From: Eledone cirrhosa
Taxonomy: Eukaryota
Direction: 5' to 3'
Length of the DNA stretch: 64,000 nucleotides
NCBI GenBank assembly: GCA_964016885.1
Contig: OZ024743.1
Location: 188,480,001 to 188,544,000 of the forward strand
Below the pieces are notes generated by a model. That model was given only the letters and a program-made list of their open reading frames with translations, was not told the DNA's origin and did no database searches. Below are positions 1 through 12,986 of this stretch, in pieces. How positions within the stretch are numbered: the stretch's first letter is position 1; each line of letters opens with the position of its first letter. The translations under genes and the position numbers were made by a program.

Positions 1-2726
1 AAACAGAAATCAACAGAAAATACAGAAAGGAAAGTTGATAAACTGATTTATTTCATTGTTTGTGTTGTTCATATAGTAGAATCAGAAAAAGTAGGCTCAG
101 TATAAAGAATTTAGCACATAGTGACACTAACACTGGAGAAATTATCAAAGTGTACTCCTCTGATGATATAGTATGTAATGCTGTAATACTCTTGCTATAA
201 GCAATATATATATATATTCTTCTCTTTTATAATGTTAACTGGGAAAAATAATGTAATTCAACTGTGACAAACTTAAATTTCTGTTTCACAAATAAAAGCA
301 ATATGTTGCTGTTTTAATGATCAGTATATATTTCTCTCTGCTTATTTCCATGTGATTCTAAAAACTAATAATTCTTGAAATGAAAATATTGCTTCACAGG
401 AATTCTCTATTAACTAACACTACTAGTGGCCAGAAGGCCAAACTACAGAAATCCTGGTCATATCAATATTCGCTCTCATATTCCAAGGTGAAAATTGCAT
501 CTTCTGATATTGATGCTATAATATAAAGAATAGTTTCAATGAAATTCAATATATGTAAGGGATTTTGGTATCTTTTGAGGTTAAATCAAATGACATGGAG
601 ATCAAGTAATTAAGTAAAGAATATCTGACCTTTAAAAAGTTAGTAATTGAAAGGAGTGGTTAATAGCATTTTGGAAATTTCTTGCCTAAAGCCTGCAAGT
701 ATAAAAGGAATGAATCAATACAGTTGGTGTTAATGATATATTTTGACCTGAGGATAATTATAACTTCTGTGGTTTCTTCCTTCCAGCTACTGTTATCATT
801 CTGAAAATGTATTCCATTGCAAATATAGTATTTGGGAGGAAAATTTAACCAACATTGTTGTTCTATTTCTTTAGAGTAATATATGGAAGAAACGATCAGA
901 GATCAACTATGGACAGAAATTATTTGATTGGTTTCCTCAGCCTTTCTTTGCTGTTTCCTTGGTCCTTGTTGATATATTTATTTTCTGCAGATTATTCTAA
1001 AGCTCATTCCTTCTGTGAACATCAATCAGTCAGTAAATCAATCAGGTGCCCCAATATGTAGCACATGATTTTAGAAATTCAACCTTGCTAAGAAAAAGGA
1101 GATCTATACATTAAGTGGTGGTCACATAAGATACATCAAAGTTAGTGATCAGAGGAAAGCACTTTCAATTTTCTCTTTTCTTGTTATATTAGATGTAATT
1201 ATTCCTGTTATGGATATTACAGGGTAGATGATATGCTTTCATTCAAACATACTCATCTTGTAGAGATTTTGAAGGGAAAATGAAGAATGGGTAGGAGAAT
1301 TTAATTCTTGAACTATTAAATGCATGTCATGAACCTTACATTTACTAGTATAGCCAGTATTTTGTGCTTATGCCCTAGTTACAGTTAACCTAGTTAAATG
1401 GTTAATGCTAAGAAAAATACCTAGCTTTATAAACAATAACTGCAATAATATGTTTTCTAATTTTGGAGCAAGGCCAGGAATCATCTTTTGGCAAGAATTG
1501 AGGCCAGAAATCGATTATATCAATCTCTCTATTTGATTGATAGTATATATATTATCAACCTGAGTAGAATTTGAACTCAGAATGCAAAGAGCTGAAAATT
1601 AACTGCAACTATTTTCAAGCATCTAACATTTCTGAGAAAACCATACTATCACACATTAGCAGACAAGAAGCATTGGATATAAATCAGTAAAAAGAAGATA
1701 ATGTAGTGAGAATAAGATAGAACTCCATTGTTTCTAATACTAATGTATGAACATAATTCTGAATGCAAAATGGATAATTTTCCTTTGAAAATTGAATTAC
1801 CTTCCAGAAATACTAAACTATTTATCGATTCCATTTAACTATATAAATGAAAAACAAGTTAACAACAAATATTAAAACTAATTTCATCTTCTTAACTGAA
1901 GGGTCTATTTGAATTATTTCTAATTATATTTACATATCAGATAATACAGACTCAGAATTTCATTTAACACAAAAATGAGTATATATATATGTTCAAACAG
2001 TAACATTTTCTAATGTTAAAATTTACTTGTACAGTTGAATATATTCAGATTTATATAATATAAGCTAAATACTGAAAACTATTGTCATTGTACGTTATAT
2101 ATATGATGAATATACGACTGAAATAATTATAGCATATAGATATAAATATTATATCATATCTCATTTTGTGATAAATTCTTTATTTTCCTTATTTTCACAT
2201 AATTGAATAGATTATGCACATACACCTACACATATTGGCCTATGAGTCTCAGTCCATATGAAATTTTACTTATATATATTATTCTGATTCTAGATTTATG
2301 TTTGGCTACAAATATTTGGTAAAAGGTCAATATGGGCAGATTCCTTTAACAATAATGTACCTGGAGGAGCACACATGTATGTTACAATCATTTCTCCTAT
2401 TCAAACTGGATAGTATCCCTTTGTCAAAATAATGTAAAAGGTGGTTTCAACATCAAGGTGTCGCACCATATTTTTCTATTAGTATGAGGAATAATTTCAA
2501 TGACAGCTTTGCAAGAAAATGAATCAAGGGATGATGACAATTAGAGTTTCTAGATCTGATAACTCTTAAAATATTGATGCACTAAAGAATATATCATTAG
2601 TATAAATAATCAAAAGTTAGAAACTGCATAAATATCAAACATTACCAATTTGAGGAATGTACTTATTATATATATATATATATATAATAAGTACATTCCT
2701 GAGATGTCTCAGGGGTCAGGAGGCAG

Positions 2727-3002
2727 GAGGTACTCCGTCAGTTACGACGACAAGTGTTCCAATTGATCCGATCAATGGAACAGCCTGCTCCTGAAATTAT
2801 CATGCAAGTGCCTGAGCATTCCATAGACACGTGTACTCTCATCATAGTTTTCAGGGAGATTCAGCCTGAATTACAGGCACAACTCATTTTGCCAGCCGAG
2901 TGGACTAGAGCAACATGAAATGAAATGTCTTGCTCAAGGAGACAATGCACTACTGGGTATCGAGCTTATGATCTTATAACTTAACCACAAAGCTACATGC
3001 CT
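2727..3002 (-). mobile_element. tRNA-derived SINE (family A)
   Basis: Closely matches 12057-12347. The minus strand carries a tRNA-like head followed by the conserved 'ccttgagcaagacatttcatttcatgttgct..agtccactc.gctggcaaaa' domain. Confidence 0.75.
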
Positions 3003-3202
3003 CTCAGGGGTAATCACAGTTAAAATTCGTACTCAATACAATGGTAGAGTATAGGCATCCTTCTTATGTATAACAATGACTTCTACAAGACTAGAACTGT
3101 TTCATTTGTATGAAATAATCAGGAACGAATTATCATGAAGGAAACAGTTCTAGACCTGTGGGTGTCATTTCTCTCTCTCTCTCTCTGTATATATATATAT
3201 AT

Positions 3203-3413
3203 ATAGGAAAAGTTTCAGGACCCCAACGGCAGAGCTCAAGCTGTTTCGATGGCTATTTCTGGACTGAAATAGAGTCCAGAAATAGCCATCGAAACGGCTT
3301 GAGCTCTGCCGTTGGGGTCCTGAACCTTTTTCTATTACCCACTCTATTACCCAAAGTATCAAGTACTCTGGTGCATTATGATCCACATCGTTCCTTACCA
3401 CACTTCCTTCATT
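3203..3413 (+). mobile_element. Short fold-back copy of Penelope-like pLTR 3' end (family P1) in (TA)n
   Basis: Palindrome 3203-3335 centred near 3268, then a tail '...ttccttaccacacttccttcattata'. Shared with 4954, 8313, 54628, 55641 and 58401. Confidence 0.8.
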
Positions 3414-3959
3414 ATATATATATATATACCTTTAGCATTTAAACCAACCATATCTGGCTAGAATTCTCTCATCTCTTTCTGTTCAAACCAGCCATAACTG
3501 GCTACTCATACTTATGTTAAGGTATTGTTCCCAACATAAATAAAATCAAATTCTCGTACATTCTATATTATGCGAGATAATTATATGGAATAAAGTGTTT
3601 ACCATGAAAATACAATAGTAAGTATAGAGTAATGTAAATGTTAAAGGGTTAAATAATACAAGTATGAAGTAACTATGAGGTTGTATTAAATATATATATA
3701 TATGTGTGTGTGTGAGTGTGTGTGTATGTGTGTGTGCACGTGTGTGTGCATACGCATTTGTGTGTGTGTGCATGTATGTATGCATGTGTGTGTTTGGATA
3801 CAAAATGTTTCTCTGCACTTTCCATTTACTAAATTACCTGACAAGTTATTGATCAGCCTGCAGTGGAACTGAACTTGAAGACTTGTGATTTCAAAGCAGA
3901 CTTCTTAATCACACAGCCATGCCTGTTCACATTTACAGAATAACACTTAAATTTGTATA

Positions 3960-4285
3960 TATGAATTCATAGACCTCTAAATATGAAGTCAATAGATCTG
4001 GACATCCAGAGATGGAAAGAGGTCGCTAATGGTTGCCCACACTAGAGACGAGTATTATACTAGGGGATGGAGCTCATGGAAGAGAAACTGAAACTTGCCA
4101 CTGAGGGAAAGCACACTTGAGGGAAGGATAACACAGTAGCAGCAGAGGAGAGCATCTTCAAATGCAGTCACTGCATACAAGACTGCCACTCCTGTGTAGG
4201 CCTCTACAGTCACAGCAGACAAGCAATCAGCTGACAAAATTCAAGCGCAGATCTATGATCTTTCGAGATCAATGGATGCCAGAAT
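3960..4285 (+). mobile_element. RTE-type LINE 3' end relic
   Basis: Translates to FKCSHCIQDCHSCVGLYSHSR, resembling the RTE C-terminal zinc-finger motif FxCxxCxxxCxSRIGLxSHxR. Confidence 0.65.
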
Positions 4286-4919
4286 ATAGTCATCTAAATA
4301 CGCATAACTACACACACCTATCTACACACATTATCTCACTAAGAGAGACAGTATCATAGGTGTACATACAATCACATAAAACATGTAAAGAGTGTATATG
4401 AATCTTTACATTTTATATACACATCTCATAGAATCACATAATGCATATACATAAATTTATATGCACACTCCGCACATGTTCACACACATACATACCTTCA
4501 TATGAATTACTACGTATGTGTACATAGAGATGAGAAAGATGTGTGTGAGAGAGAGATAAAAAGAGATAAGGAGGAGAAATACAGTGAGACAGGGAAGGAA
4601 GAAAGAGGGAGAGTAAAAATTTAAAACCTGAATGATGGAGAAAAAACGTTTGACAACACAAACTTATTTTAGGATATTTTAAAATGCTTTATGATGTTTT
4701 AGAAACTTGGAACACTCCTGGGAGTGGAGGTGGTGGTGGCAGAGATAAAAATGATTGATGAGGTTAATAACACTGATGATATGACAATGGCTGATGGTTG
4801 TGCTGAAGTTAATGATGATGATGATAATGATGATGAGTAGGAGGAGGAGCAGGAGAAGGAAGGGAAGATGGAGTACACAGACACATAGACACACACACAC
4901 AACACAACACAGAGACACT

Positions 4920-4953
<34 letters not shown>

Positions 4954-4957
<4 letters not shown>

Positions 4958-5104
4958 GAAGGAGTTGTGGTAAGGAACCAGATAGACCATAACGCACCAG
5001 AATACTCAATACTTAAATACTTAGATGTAGTAGAGTGGGAAATAGGAAAATGTATGACCCCGAAACGGCTTGAGCTCTGCCGTCGGGGTCATACATTTTC
5101 CTAT
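4954..5104 (-). mobile_element. Short fold-back copy of P1 pLTR 3' end in (TA)n
   Basis: Reverse complement of the P1 tail, plus an inverted arm 'gaaacggcttgagctctgccgtcggggtcatacattttcctat'. Confidence 0.8.
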
Positions 5105-6269
5105 ATATATATACATAAACCAGCATGCTAAAGTACTTATTGAACACTAAATCAAGATTAAGCCTAGTTACTTGAAAATAAGGTGCCAAATATATCCCTT
5201 AATTAAGGTTGAAAACGAAGCCAGATTAATTCCTTCCATTGCGAAAGTTACAAGTTACAAGCCTATATACCTTTCTCTCTCTCCCTCATATGCTCCCTAC
5301 TTTCCTGTATTCCCCTTTTCTCTCTTACACCCTACATCCCTGTATCTCTCTTTTCTCTTTGTCCCATTGAGCAGACCTATGATCAGATGCATTCCAGATA
5401 TCACTATCCTATCATTTTTCTCTTAGTTGGGAATATAGTTTAGATCTATAACTATATTATTCAATATGTCCTTAGCATTTGAAAATAGAAAAGGTGTGTA
5501 ATTGGGGAGAAACATGGATGCTACGTCTATCAATTTGAATAATCCAGGCTCTCTGGTGATTTTATTGCTGTTATGGTTCATACATGTGTAGATTTAGTCA
5601 GCTTTTTTAAGAGGCTCAATCTCATAGAAATTTTCTTGGGTGTTTTAATGAAAGGAACCCATGTTCTATTGTGTTTTCATTTCTCTAGTGAGTAAGGGAC
5701 CGTGACTTTGATTATTCACCCGAAAAACTGGAAGGCAAAGTTGACATTGGTAATAGTTGAACTCAGAATAAAGAACTAGAATAAAAACCACAAGGCAATC
5801 TATTCCATGCTCTAACAACTTCAATAATTTGCTACAGTAGTTTTATTGGTAGTTAGTGATTAGCTATGAAAGACATTGGAATGTAAGTCATGGAATATAA
5901 GAAATCAGTGAAAGAATATATTTGTTGCAATAAAGATGATAAATAAAAAAAATGTGACTTTTTTATTTCCATTTTTTATAGTTTATGTTTTGCATTTTCT
6001 CAGTTTATCTGTTTTTCCTTTTTCACACAAGAGAAATGTCAATCATTACCTTTTTCTCTTTTATACTTTTTATTTGTGGGAAACAGAAATATTCTTAAAT
6101 GATGACGAATGAGATATTTTGTTAATTTTTTATCTTGAAATCATTAAAAAAAGAAATACTTATAAAAGAAATCATATAATTTTTTTTTTTTTTTTGTAAT
6201 TATCATTATTTTAGTACCATTTTTTGTGCTTATTAGTGCATGCAGATAATAATGATAATAACAATAATA

Positions 6270-6610
6270 ATACTAAAATGAAAACAAAGAAAAAACAACA
6301 ACAGAAATTAGGAATGGCATAAAATTTAAATTGAAAACTAACATCCAGAATGTCATGTTAAAAGGATGACAAGAAGAATCTTTTCATGGCCAATACCCCA
6401 AAAAGTTAAAGAGAAAAAAGTAGACAAAAGAAACACAAAACTAGCTCCAAAGCACTGGACTAAAAGCTGAGATGGAAGGATTTCTAATTGTAGCACAGGA
6501 CCAGAGTCTATCCACCAGAAACTACCAGAATTACATAATGAAACAAAGCACAATAAGTAATTGTAGAATATGTGGCAATAGGGAAGAAACAATCAACCAC
6601 ATACTATACT
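6270..6610 (+). mobile_element. R4/Dong-like (RLE) non-LTR retrotransposon C-terminal relic
   Basis: From about 6457 reads GLKAEMEGFLIVAQDQSLSTRNYQNYIMKQSTISNCRICGNREETINHI (AQDQ motif plus CCHC knuckle). Confidence 0.75.
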
Positions 6611-6739
6611 ACAGCTGATTCGTACAGCTTGTCCCTTTGTTGGATTTACTTGGAGAAAAGTATATTCTTCCCATGCAGTCTCCTCATTCGGTAGTCTTTT
6701 ATAGTAGTTCTTCCATGTTACCTTCAGTGAGTGCAAGTA

Positions 6740-7960
6740 CAAAATTTTTATCTCAGAGTCATTTTTCTCTGTCAATATCATATCACAATTTTCCCTGTCA
6801 CACTGTCTCACAATTCTGAACACCTCATATCTTTGGTCCTCGCTTTGCAGAACATGTTTAAATTTCTTATATTCTGCTTCCCTTTTTACAAAGTGTACTC
6901 GTTGCCTACATTCTATTCTAACAGCCTGGTAGTGCTCTCTACTTCTCCTATTCTACCATTTTTTCCATGCCTGTCTTTTGGCCTTAATTATCTCCTCTAC
7001 ACTACTGTTCCATCACAAAGTCTCTCTCTTCCCTAAAGACCTACTCCAACCAGAGGTTTGGTTTGTCACCTTCCATAGGTTATCTTTCAGAAATTCCCCC
7101 TGTTCCTATATATTGTATGCCTTTATTTGTTCTTTCTTACCTTCAAAAGCACCAAGCAACATACCTTTTAATTTGATACTGGCTGTGGGGTCCTTTAACT
7201 TCCATATTCTTCTCCACCAGCTTGTCCTCTGTCGTCGAGTTTGTCTAGCCTTAACTATAAGGTAACTAACTACTAGTTATGTTAAGAGTTGCATTCTTCA
7301 CCAGGGAGGGACTTTGTATTTACAACTGACACTCTATCTTGTCTTCTAGTGAAGATAAATTCTATCCTTCTTGCATGCTTACCTGATCTATTGGGGCTCA
7401 AGAGATTGTCTGTTTTTTTTTAGGTTTGTGTAACAGGTAGATAGATCATTGGCATTGCAGAATTCAAATAGCTTGAAATTTCTCATTTCTAGAACTGAAT
7501 CCATAACTACCACGGATCCCTTCGAAACTATTACAGTATTGCTCTACATGTCTCTTAAATCACCTGCAATGATTATGAAGTCATGATTACTCATTAGGAA
7601 ATTTGTAGAACCTGTCTTTTAGTCCATCTGACAGTCCTAATTGAGGTGCATATGCAAATGTAATTGTTACAGTTCTTCTATTTAGTAATAGTCTAAGTTT
7701 GATGATTCTGTCTTTCACTCTATTTACAGCAATTATCTTGTCAACCCATTTTTCTACTTCCATAATCCCTACACTGCTAGCTGGTTGTATCATCGTTTTC
7801 AGACCACAAGGAATTTAGCTGACATTCCCTTCAATCTAGTATCTTGCATACAGCACACATCAAATTCCTTTCATTCAAGCATCTCTACAATTTCTCCTGA
7901 TCTCCCTTTAATTATGCCTACATTTATTGTGCCAGCTCTGAAGTTATTAAGTTCACCAGA
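6740..7960 (-). mobile_element. Degraded RTE LINE (APE endonuclease to pre-RT region)
   Basis: ORF fragments EKWVDKIIAVNRVKDRIIKLRL...FAYAPQLGL and FRIVRQCDRENCD; the latter matches the LINE at 52321-52620. Confidence 0.8.
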
Positions 7961-8067
7961 AGAGTGAGAGGAAGAAGATGGAAACTTGAGTGTAGGAGTG
8001 GAGAAAATGGATTGCTGATGGATTGTTCATATAATACACACATACTATAAACATATGTATGCATATA

Positions 8068-8247
8068 TATTTCCTTTACCGGTTTCACAGTTCTTATGCT
8101 TTTCAAAAGTAGAATTGAGATGGAGGGTTTGTGGTTTTTCTCCACAAACACTCCATCTCCATTCTACTTTTGAAAATCATAAGAACGGTGAAACCGGTAA
8201 AAGAAATAAATGAATATTCTTAAAAAGACTCCAGTTACATTTCTATG

Positions 8248-8255
<8 letters not shown>
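8068..8255. mobile_element. Small palindromic Penelope-like end (family P2)
   Basis: Inverted repeat 8070-8138 / 8143-8208, with a tail 'gactccagttacatttc' running into (TA)n. Confidence 0.65.
8074..8109 (-). ncRNA. Minimal type I hammerhead ribozyme, U3-A8 core variant
   Basis: Minus strand: ctt TTGAAAA gca-taagaac-tgt GAAA ccgg TA aag. Stem I ctt/aag, palindromic stem III. A more degenerate mirror copy lies at 8167-8203 (+). Confidence 0.5.
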
Positions 8256-8312
<57 letters not shown>

Positions 8313-8316
<4 letters not shown>

Positions 8317-8522
8317 ACGAAGGAAATGTGGTAAGGAACAAGATGGACCATAACGCACCAAAGTACTCAATACTTAGGGTAGTAGAGTGGGTAATAGGAA
8401 CGAATAGGACCCCGACGGCTGAGCTCACCCGTTTCGACGGCTAATTCTGGACTAAAATTTAGTCCAGAATTAGCCGTCGAAACGGCTTGAGCTCAGCCGT
8501 TGGGGTCCTACTCGTTCCTATA
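8313..8522 (-). mobile_element. Short fold-back copy of P1 pLTR 3' end in (TA)n
   Basis: Palindrome 8394-8522 centred on 'tctggactaaaatttagtccaga', with the P1 tail on the minus strand. Confidence 0.8.
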
Positions 8523-8598
8523 TATATATATATATATATGTGTGTGTATATATATAGATATATATATGTGTATGTGTGTGTATATATATATATATATA

Positions 8599-9153
8599 TT
8601 TCGTTTCTGAATTTGTTTAGCAAGATTCTTTATCTGAAAACGTGTGTTGAAACCGATATTGTTATACTTTGGGAGAGTCATGTTGCCAATAAGAAACACA
8701 CGCACCAGTTGTTTCACTTCAATTTATTATAATAAATTTATAAATTTAGGAATTTATAAATTTCCGGTTGGTTGGTTGGTTCCACAACCAGATGGTTGTT
8801 TATATATTGTCAAAGTTCTTTCGTCATACATTCTGTGACCTCTTCAGTGACTGGGGATTCTTTTCTTTGTTTTTGTGCCTCTCCTTTGTTCTGTCTTACG
8901 CCAGAAACAAGATGGCGTAAGACAGAACAAAGGAGAGGCACAAAAACAAAGAAAAGAATCCCCAGTCACTGAAGAGGTCACAGAATGTATGACGAAAGAA
9001 CTTTGACAATATATAAACAACCATCTGGTTGTGGAACCAACCAACCAACCGGAAATTTATAAATTCCTAAATTTATAAATTTATTATAATAAATTGAAGT
9101 GAAAGCAACTGGTGCGTGTGTTTCTTATTGGCAACATGACCCTCCCAAAGTAT

Positions 9154-9160
<7 letters not shown>
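8599..9160. mobile_element. Near-perfect ~250-bp-arm palindromic Penelope-like end (family P3) between (TA)n tracts
   Basis: Arms 8657-8902 / 8914-9160. The ORF track shows near-identical peptides on both strands. Confidence 0.85.
8965..9007 (+). ncRNA. Minimal hammerhead ribozyme-like motif (mirror at 8809-8851, minus)
   Basis: gtca CTGAAGA g-gtca-cagaatgta-tgac GAAA gaac TT tgac; stem I gtca/tgac. The cleavage triplet is non-optimal. Confidence 0.55.
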
Positions 9161-9197
<37 letters not shown>

Positions 9198-9201
<4 letters not shown>

Positions 9202-9529
9202 GGAAAAATGAAACGAAATTTCATTTCCCACTCTTAGTACGGCTGTTACTTAAATATAAGTACGTACACGTACATACATATATGTATACAGACGTACAGT
9301 AGTATGTATATATATATGTAAACTAGTACAGCGTTCCTTTGTCAGTGTTGAACAAACGAGCAACGATGGTTGCTAGACACTACGGCTTAATACAGGATGT
9401 TTGTTTACAAACACACCGAGCATTATAATAAATGTTCGGTGAGTACATATATATATATGTGTGCATGTATGTATATATATATACATACTACTGTACGTCT
9501 GTATACATATATGTATGTATGTGTACATA

Positions 9530-9535
<6 letters not shown>
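9198..9535. mobile_element. Penelope-like end family P4, inverted arrangement
   Basis: Same sequence as 27080-27640. The plus-strand part begins at 'aaactagtacagcg', inside the HHR seen intact at 27287-27327. Confidence 0.7.
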
Positions 9536-9592
<57 letters not shown>

Positions 9593-9734
9593 TTGGTGTT
9601 AGGAAGGGCATCCAGCTGTAGAAATCAAGCCACCATCAGTTCCCGTCCCACCCTTGCAAGCAGGGAAAAGCGGACGTAAAATGAAATGATGATGAATGAT
9701 GATGATATATATATATATATATATATTATACATA

Positions 9735-10763
9735 TCTTGTGATGCTAAACTCCAACAGTTGCAGTCTGCACATTAACATGTGATATCTCGCTCCAGAAAG
9801 TTCAATCAGCACCAGCGGACTTCAAAGAGCAAAGATCAAGTCCAGTCCAGTCCATGGATTGACATTGTCAAGCCTTAGTTTTGGCTGCTGGCCTCTGCTT
9901 CTCTTACCAGCCAACCTTCATTCCAGGCATAACCTACTCACACCACAAATTGATCTTTTTATATGGCCGTATAGTTTCAGTACACTTGACAATTGATGTA
10001 ATAGGTCTAAGTTTGCGCAGCTCACTGATACAGATACAGTCACTGAACCGCTTACCAGTTATAAGTCTCATGATGTGGTCTGGAATGTAGAGAGCTTTTG
10101 AAGTGACCTTGTCATCCAATTAACACAGTCAAGACCATATAACACAACTGGTAGGATGTAAATATCAAAGATCTTAGCCTTCAAATGGTAGGAAATTCGT
10201 TTTCATGTTAGTATTTCCTTACTCTTGTTGAAAGCTGCCCAACCTAGAGCGATTCGGTATTGCACAGCAACCATTCCATTGTTGTTTGATGATAGTTTGT
10301 GACCAAGATATACAAACTCCATAACTTGAGCAATTTGCTGGTTATAGATTGGGAGTTGGAGATTGGAGATCTTGATGTGTAAGCCAGCTTCCAACGAATG
10401 TTTGGCCAGCGAAATTTGAATTGAGGAAAAAGCCCTGGACTGGACAACATATACTCAGAATTCATCAAAGCTGGAGGTGAACCAATTATCAAAGCACTTC
10501 AACATCTCTTTAACTGTATTATCACTACAGAAAAAAGCCCAGACATGTTCAAGAAAACAGTGATAGTTGTACTCTACAAAAAAGGTAGCAGACTCGATTG
10601 TGGGAACTATAGTCCTATCAGACTACTGAGTCACGTTTATAAGCTTTTCATGAGTATCATTGCAGCACGAGTGAAGTCAGAAACACAAGCCTCATTTCCT
10701 GAAACACAAGCTGCATATCAACCTGGAAGAGACACCATTTAGCAGATCTTAGCTATTGAAAAA

Positions 10764-10770
<7 letters not shown>
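9735..10770 (-). mobile_element. Non-LTR retrotransposon relic with 5' inversion
   Basis: Minus 9735-10395 encodes the post-RT region (EFVYLGHKL...RIALGWAAF). Plus 10395-10770 encodes the pre-RT region (GKSPGLDNI...VIVVLYKKGSRLDCGNYSPIRLLSH). Confidence 0.8.
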
Positions 10771-10814
<44 letters not shown>

Positions 10815-10861
10815 TTAAGATTGGTTACTCTTGAACTGTGTATATATATATATATATATAT

Positions 10862-11370
10862 CTAGGGCGGGTAAAATTCCCGAGATCCATGGACAAGTTC
10901 TCTCCAGTGGTCTCTGTCCCTCATTATCGCTGCCATGTCCTGCGTCTCCAACAGACCAGTGTCTGTCCTTAGGGCATCAACATACGTTAACCTTGGTCTT
11001 CCTCTTCCAGTGTGTCCATGTAGGGGCTCCCACAGGAGCACTGAGTGCAATGTCAACTCTGGATGTCGGTGAGCATGTCCAGCTAACCTCAGTCTCCTCT
11101 GTGTCACTTTGAGCTGACTTTTGGGAGGCTCCCATACAGCTCAGAGTTTTTCATCCTCAGTGTATACTGATTAATGTTCAGAGCCATCCTCAGCATTCTT
11201 GTGTAGCACCCATCCACCATCCAAGTGAGTTTCTTGGTCAGTGTCCAAGTCTCAGACCCGTACAACAGCACAGACTCCACTACAGCAATGAAGAGGCGGA
11301 TTTTCAGGACTTTACGAAGGTCCGACTTCCACACCGATCTCAAGCTGTGGCACGCCGCCCAGGCTTTGCT

Positions 11371-11372
<2 letters not shown>
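10862..11372 (-). mobile_element. 5'-truncated RTE/RTEX-like LINE 3' end in (TA)n
   Basis: SVLLYGSETWTLT...RMLR and RRLRLAGH...GRGRPRLTYVD motifs, with one frameshift. Confidence 0.85.
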
Positions 11373-11442
<70 letters not shown>

Positions 11443-11764
11443 AGATAGTTAGGGAGAGAGAGTGACTGAGTGAGAGAGAGAATAAAATAAATAGTAATAA
11501 ACTCCGCAGTCATCAGCTGTCAAAATGGACATATACGGTTTCAACCCAACGGACTGTACATCCATGGTTACAGAGTCTGACAAGATAGTCATACACTGTC
11601 TTTGGAGTAATCAAAATGGAAAAAACAAAAAAAAATAACTTACGTATGTAGAAATAGATGTACAATATGTAATTTATACAATACATAATGAAAACAGCCC
11701 ATATGTCATGGGGACAAAGTTACACACAAAGAAATACACAGGGATTATCTATATCTATATACGA

Positions 11765-11952
11765 AGGGGGGATTGGCAGTATCGGTAGAGAGTCGGACGC
11801 CATGCTTTGACGCATAGTTACGCCCCTTGCCATTCTGAGTTCAAATCCCGCCGAGGTTAACTTTGCCTTTCATCCTTACGGGGTCGATAAAATAAAAGTA
11901 CCAGTAATGCACTGGGTAATTACTGGCCTTGTGCCAAAAGTAGAAACAATTA
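11765..11952 (+). mobile_element. tRNA-derived SINE (family B)
   Basis: A-box-like 'tggcagtatcggtag' and B-box 'gagttcaaatcc', then 'ctttgcctttcatcc'. Near-identical copy at 61005-61190. Confidence 0.8.
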
Positions 11953-12056
11953 TCTATATCTATATATCTACCTATATATATATATATGTCTGTGTGTGTG
12001 TGTGTGTATACATACACACAAGCACGCACTGATACACACACACATATAAACTAATT

Positions 12057-12347
12057 GGTACTCCATTGCTTATGATAACAAGAGTTCCAATTGATCTGAT
12101 CAATGGAACAGCCTGCTCATGAAATTAACCTGAAAGAGGCTGAGCATTCCACAGACACACATGCCTTTAATGAAATTCTCTGTGATATTCAGCATAACAC
12201 TAAACGTGACAAGGCTGGATCATTGAATTAGAGGTACAACTCGTTTTTGCCAGTTGAGTGGACTGGAAGAACGTGAAATAAAGTGTCTTGCCCAAGGACA
12301 TAACGCGTGCCCGGCAATTGAACTCATGGCCACAAAGCCACATGCCT
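12057..12347 (-). mobile_element. tRNA-derived SINE (family A)
   Basis: Homologous to 2727-3002. Confidence 0.75.
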
Positions 12348-12943
12348 GAATGCATATGAATACCAACTAGGGATTAGGTAGGTTGTATATGGTGTCTGGT
12401 CATCTATTCTTTGTTTAGCAGGCTATAAACATTCTCAGAAAAGTGAAAGAAAGATAATTGCTAGAAGGTGGGGTGGGGTATCCTAGACTAACAAATGAAG
12501 AGAAAAATATATGAAATGAATTTCAAAATTAGAGTAGATATAAGGTGAAAGAATATTTTAAAGAATTCAGTTAAGATGAAGCAGTCTTTATGGAGCCATT
12601 CAAAGAAAGAGGATTAAAAGACATAAACACGGCTGTAAAAGTTAGAGAAACTAATATAAAGAATATGTTAAATAAATGTGTATATGAAGTTATGTATAAT
12701 TATACATATAAATGTGGGAAGGGGCATATGTTGTATGTGTGTGTTTATATATATATATATATATATAAGTGTGTGTTTGTGTGTATGCATGTGTGTGTTT
12801 GTGTACATGTGATGCAAGGGATATTGAATAACCACAGTACATATATATATATCGATCTAAAAAAATTGAACAAATCAGTGACTTTATGTTTACTCTCTAT
12901 AAATTTGTCATGTTGAATGTAATGTCTTTGTTCATCACCTATA

Positions 12944-12986
<43 letters not shown>

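Noticed and set aside
8599-9160. DNA-transposon MITE interpretation of the palindromes
   Set aside because: Arms are asymmetric, contain HHR motifs and share architecture with the ORF-bearing PLE; no shared TIR ends.
11765-11860. tRNA gene
   Set aside because: The A/B boxes belong to a multi-copy SINE head; no complete cloverleaf.
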